Source: Squalus acanthias (lineage: Eukaryota). From it: DNA of 64,000 nt. Under the pieces are notes generated by a model, which saw only the letters and a list, made by a program, of their open reading frames with translations, searched no databases and had not been told where the DNA came from. Shown piece by piece: positions 61,291 to 64,000 of the stretch. The position numbers and the translations under genes were made by a program. Position 1 is the first letter of the stretch; each line of letters begins with the position of its first letter. Where the stretch lies: assembly GCA_030390025.1 (NCBI GenBank), contig JASTWF010000361.1:186001-250000 (forward strand), given 5' to 3'.

Positions 61291-64000
61291 CATAGAAACA
61301 TAGAAGATAGGAGCAGGAGTAGGCTATTCGGCCCCTCGAGCCTGCTCCGCCATTCGATGAGATCATGGCTGATCATCTAAACTCAGTACCCTGTACCTGC
61401 CTTCTCCCCATATCCCTTGATACCTTTAGCTTTAAGAAATATATCTAACTCATCCTTGAATATATTTAATGACTTCGCCTCAACTACCTTCTGTGGTAGA
61501 GAATTCCACAGTTTCACCACTCTCTGGGTGAAGAAATTCTTCCTCATTTCTGTCCTAAATGGTTTACCCGTTATCCGTAGATTATGACCCCTGGTTCTGG
61601 ACTCTCCGGCCATCGGGAACATTCTTCCTGCATCTAGTTTGTCCAGACCTGTCAGAATTTTATATGTTTCGATGAGATCCCCTCTCATTCTTCTATACTC
61701 CAGTGAGTATAAGTCCAATCGACCCAATCTCTCCCCATATGTCATTCCTGCCATCCCAGGTATCAGCCTTGTGAATCTTCGCTGAACTCCTTCCATGGCA
61801 AGAACATCCTTCCTCAGATAAGGCGACCAAAACTGCACACAGTACTCAAGGTGTGGTCTCACCAAGGCCCTGTACAACTGCAGCAGGACATCCCTGTTCC
61901 TATACTCAAACCCTTTCGCTATGAAGGCCAACATACCATTTGCCTTCTTCACTGCCTGCTGCACCTGCATGCTTACTTTCAGTGACTGGTGCACAAGGAC
62001 ACCCAGGTCTCGTTGCACTTCCCCTTCTCCCAATCTACTGCCATTCAGATAATAGTCTGCCTTTCTGTTTTTGACACCAAAGTGGATAACCTCGCACTTA
62101 TCCACATTATATTGCATCTGCCACGCTTCTGCCCACTCACCCAACCTGTCCAGATCATCCTTGAGTTTTTCGGTATCCTCCTCGCAGCACACACAGCTTT
62201 GTATCATCTGCAAACTTGGAGATATTACATTTAATTCCCTTATCTAGATCATTAATGTATATTGTGAATAGCTGGGGACAAGGACTGATCCCTGCGGTAC
62301 CCCACTAGTCACTGCTTGCCACTCGGAAAAAGACCCATTTATTCCTACTCTCTGCTTTCTGTCCGCCAACCAGTTCTCCATCCAAGTCAATACCTTGCCC
62401 CCAATCCCATGTGCCTTAACTTTACACGCTAACCTCTTATGCGGGACCTTATCAAAAGCCTTTTGAAAGTCCAAATATACCACATCTACTGGTTCTCCCT
62501 TATCAGTTTTCCCAGTTACATCCTCAAAAAATTCCAGTAGATTAGTCAAGCACGATTTACATTTTGTAAATACATGTTGACTTTGTCCGATCATGTCACT
62601 GTTTTTCAAATGCTCAGCTATTACATCCTTTATAATGGACTCTAGCATTTTCCCCAATACCGATGTCAGGCTTACCGGTCTGTAATTCCCCGCTTTCTCT
62701 CTACCACCCTTTTTGAATAGTGGGGTAACATTAGCTACTCTCCAATCCATGGGTACAGTTCCAGATTCCATCGAATGTTGGAAGATGATCAGCAATGCAT
62801 CTACTATTTCTAGGGCCACTTCCTTAAGTACCCTAGGATGTAGATTATCAGGCCCTGGGGATTTATCGGCCTTCAATACCGTCAATTTCCCTAACACCAT
62901 TTCCCTGCAAATACTGATTTCTTTCAGTTCCTCCCTTTCATCAGACCGTATGTTCTCCAACATCTCTGGGAGGTTATTTGTGCCCTCCTTTGTGAAGACA
63001 GAACCAAAATATGCATTTAATTGGGCTGCCATTTCTTTGTTCCTCATTATAACTTCCCCCGCTTCTGACTGCATGGGACCTACACTTGATTTCACGAATC
63101 TTTTTCTCTTCACACATCAGTTTTTATATTCCCAGCAAGCTTACTTTCATATTCTATTTTCCCCTTCTTAATTAATCCCTTTGTCCTCATTTGTTGAATC
63201 CTAAACTGTTCCCAATCCTCAGGGCTACTGCTTTTTCTGGCCAATTTATATGCCCTCTCCTTGGATCTTATGCTATCCCTAATTTCCCTTGTTAGCCACG
63301 GTTGAGTCACCCTTTTTGTTTTATTCTTATGCCACACTGGGATGAACAAATTCTGTAGTTCATCCATGCAGTCTTTGAATGTTTGCCATTGCCTCTCCAC
63401 CATCAACCCCTTGAGTGACATTCCCCAATCAATCCTACCCAATTCGTGCCTCATACCATCGTAGTTTCCTTTATTTAAATTCAGGACCCTAGTCTCTGAT
63501 TCAACTACTTCACTCTCCATCCTAATGAAGAATTCTATCATATTATGATCACTCTGACCCAAGGGGCCTCGTACAACAAGATTGCTAATTAATCCTTTCT
63601 CGTTACATAATACCCAGTCTAAGATGGCCTGATCTCTGGTTGGTTCCTTGACATATTGTTCCAGAAAACCATCTCGTAAACATTCTAGGAATTCCTCCTC
63701 CACAGTATTTTTACTGATTTGGTTAGCCCAATCTATATGTAAATTAAAGTCACCCATGATGACTGCTGTGCCCTTACTGCATGCTTCTCTAATTTCCCTT
63801 TTAATGCCGTCCCCAACCTCCGTATTACTGTTTGGAGGTCTATATACCACTCCCACTAACGTTTTCTGCCCCTTGTTATTTCTCAGTTCTACCCATACAG
63901 ATTCCGCATCATCAGAGCTAATATCCTTCCTTTCAATTGTGTTAATACCCTCTTTAACCAGCAATGCTACCCAACCTCCCTTTCTTTTTTGCCTATCTTT
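61291..64000 (-). mobile_element. CR1-clade LINE retrotransposon (3' end present, 5' part beyond the window)
   Basis: APE endonuclease plus RT ORF2, a short 3' UTR, and an octamer-repeat tail on the minus strand (...CTTCTATGTTTCTATG) typical of CR1, with no poly(A). Confidence 0.93.
61383..64000 (-). pseudogene. Frameshifted CR1 ORF2 (apurinic-like endonuclease/reverse transcriptase)
   Basis: GDFN, ILDWVL and SDHN (APE); KSPGPD, NYRPVSLTS, YLDFQKAFDKV and SGVPQGSVL (RT). FADD at 62203-62214 lies in a frame not in the ORF track. Frameshifts near 63115, 62278 and 62195. Confidence 0.92.

Noticed and set aside
61155..63171. ORFs 61155-61376 (-), 61989-62234 (+) and 62713-63171 (+)
   Set aside because: The first is UTR/satellite read-through and the others are antisense shadows of CR1 ORF2.

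Overview
Eukaryotic heterochromatin-like DNA, probably from a cartilaginous fish (inferred from the retroelement style, not searched). No host genes are supported. About 57 kb is a single-orientation tandem array of a 20/21-bp monomer, CTGG(A/G)CTAGTAATCCAGAGG(C), organised into kb-scale higher-order repeats. The first 3.3 kb is a duplicated composite of 44-bp, 32-bp and 20/21-bp satellites. The array carries three kinds of retro-insertion. (1) A young, 5'-truncated Penelope-like element (RT C-terminus, Cys linker, GIY-YIG endonuclease) with a minimal hammerhead ribozyme and a 9-bp TSD (20845-22470). (2) An 86-bp minus-strand fragment carrying half of a different hammerhead, also with a 9-bp TSD, present twice (58245-58330, 58980-59065). 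(3) A frameshifted CR1-type LINE on the minus strand (61291 to the window end). Best candidate novelty: the monomer is a tRNA anticodon arm (5-bp stem CTGGA/TCCAG, 7-nt loop CTAGTAA, anticodon AGT as in tRNA-Thr) repeated roughly 2,700 times, and its two commonest variants leave the hairpin intact. Nearly all short ORFs in the track are satellite artefacts. Coordinates and counts were read by eye.
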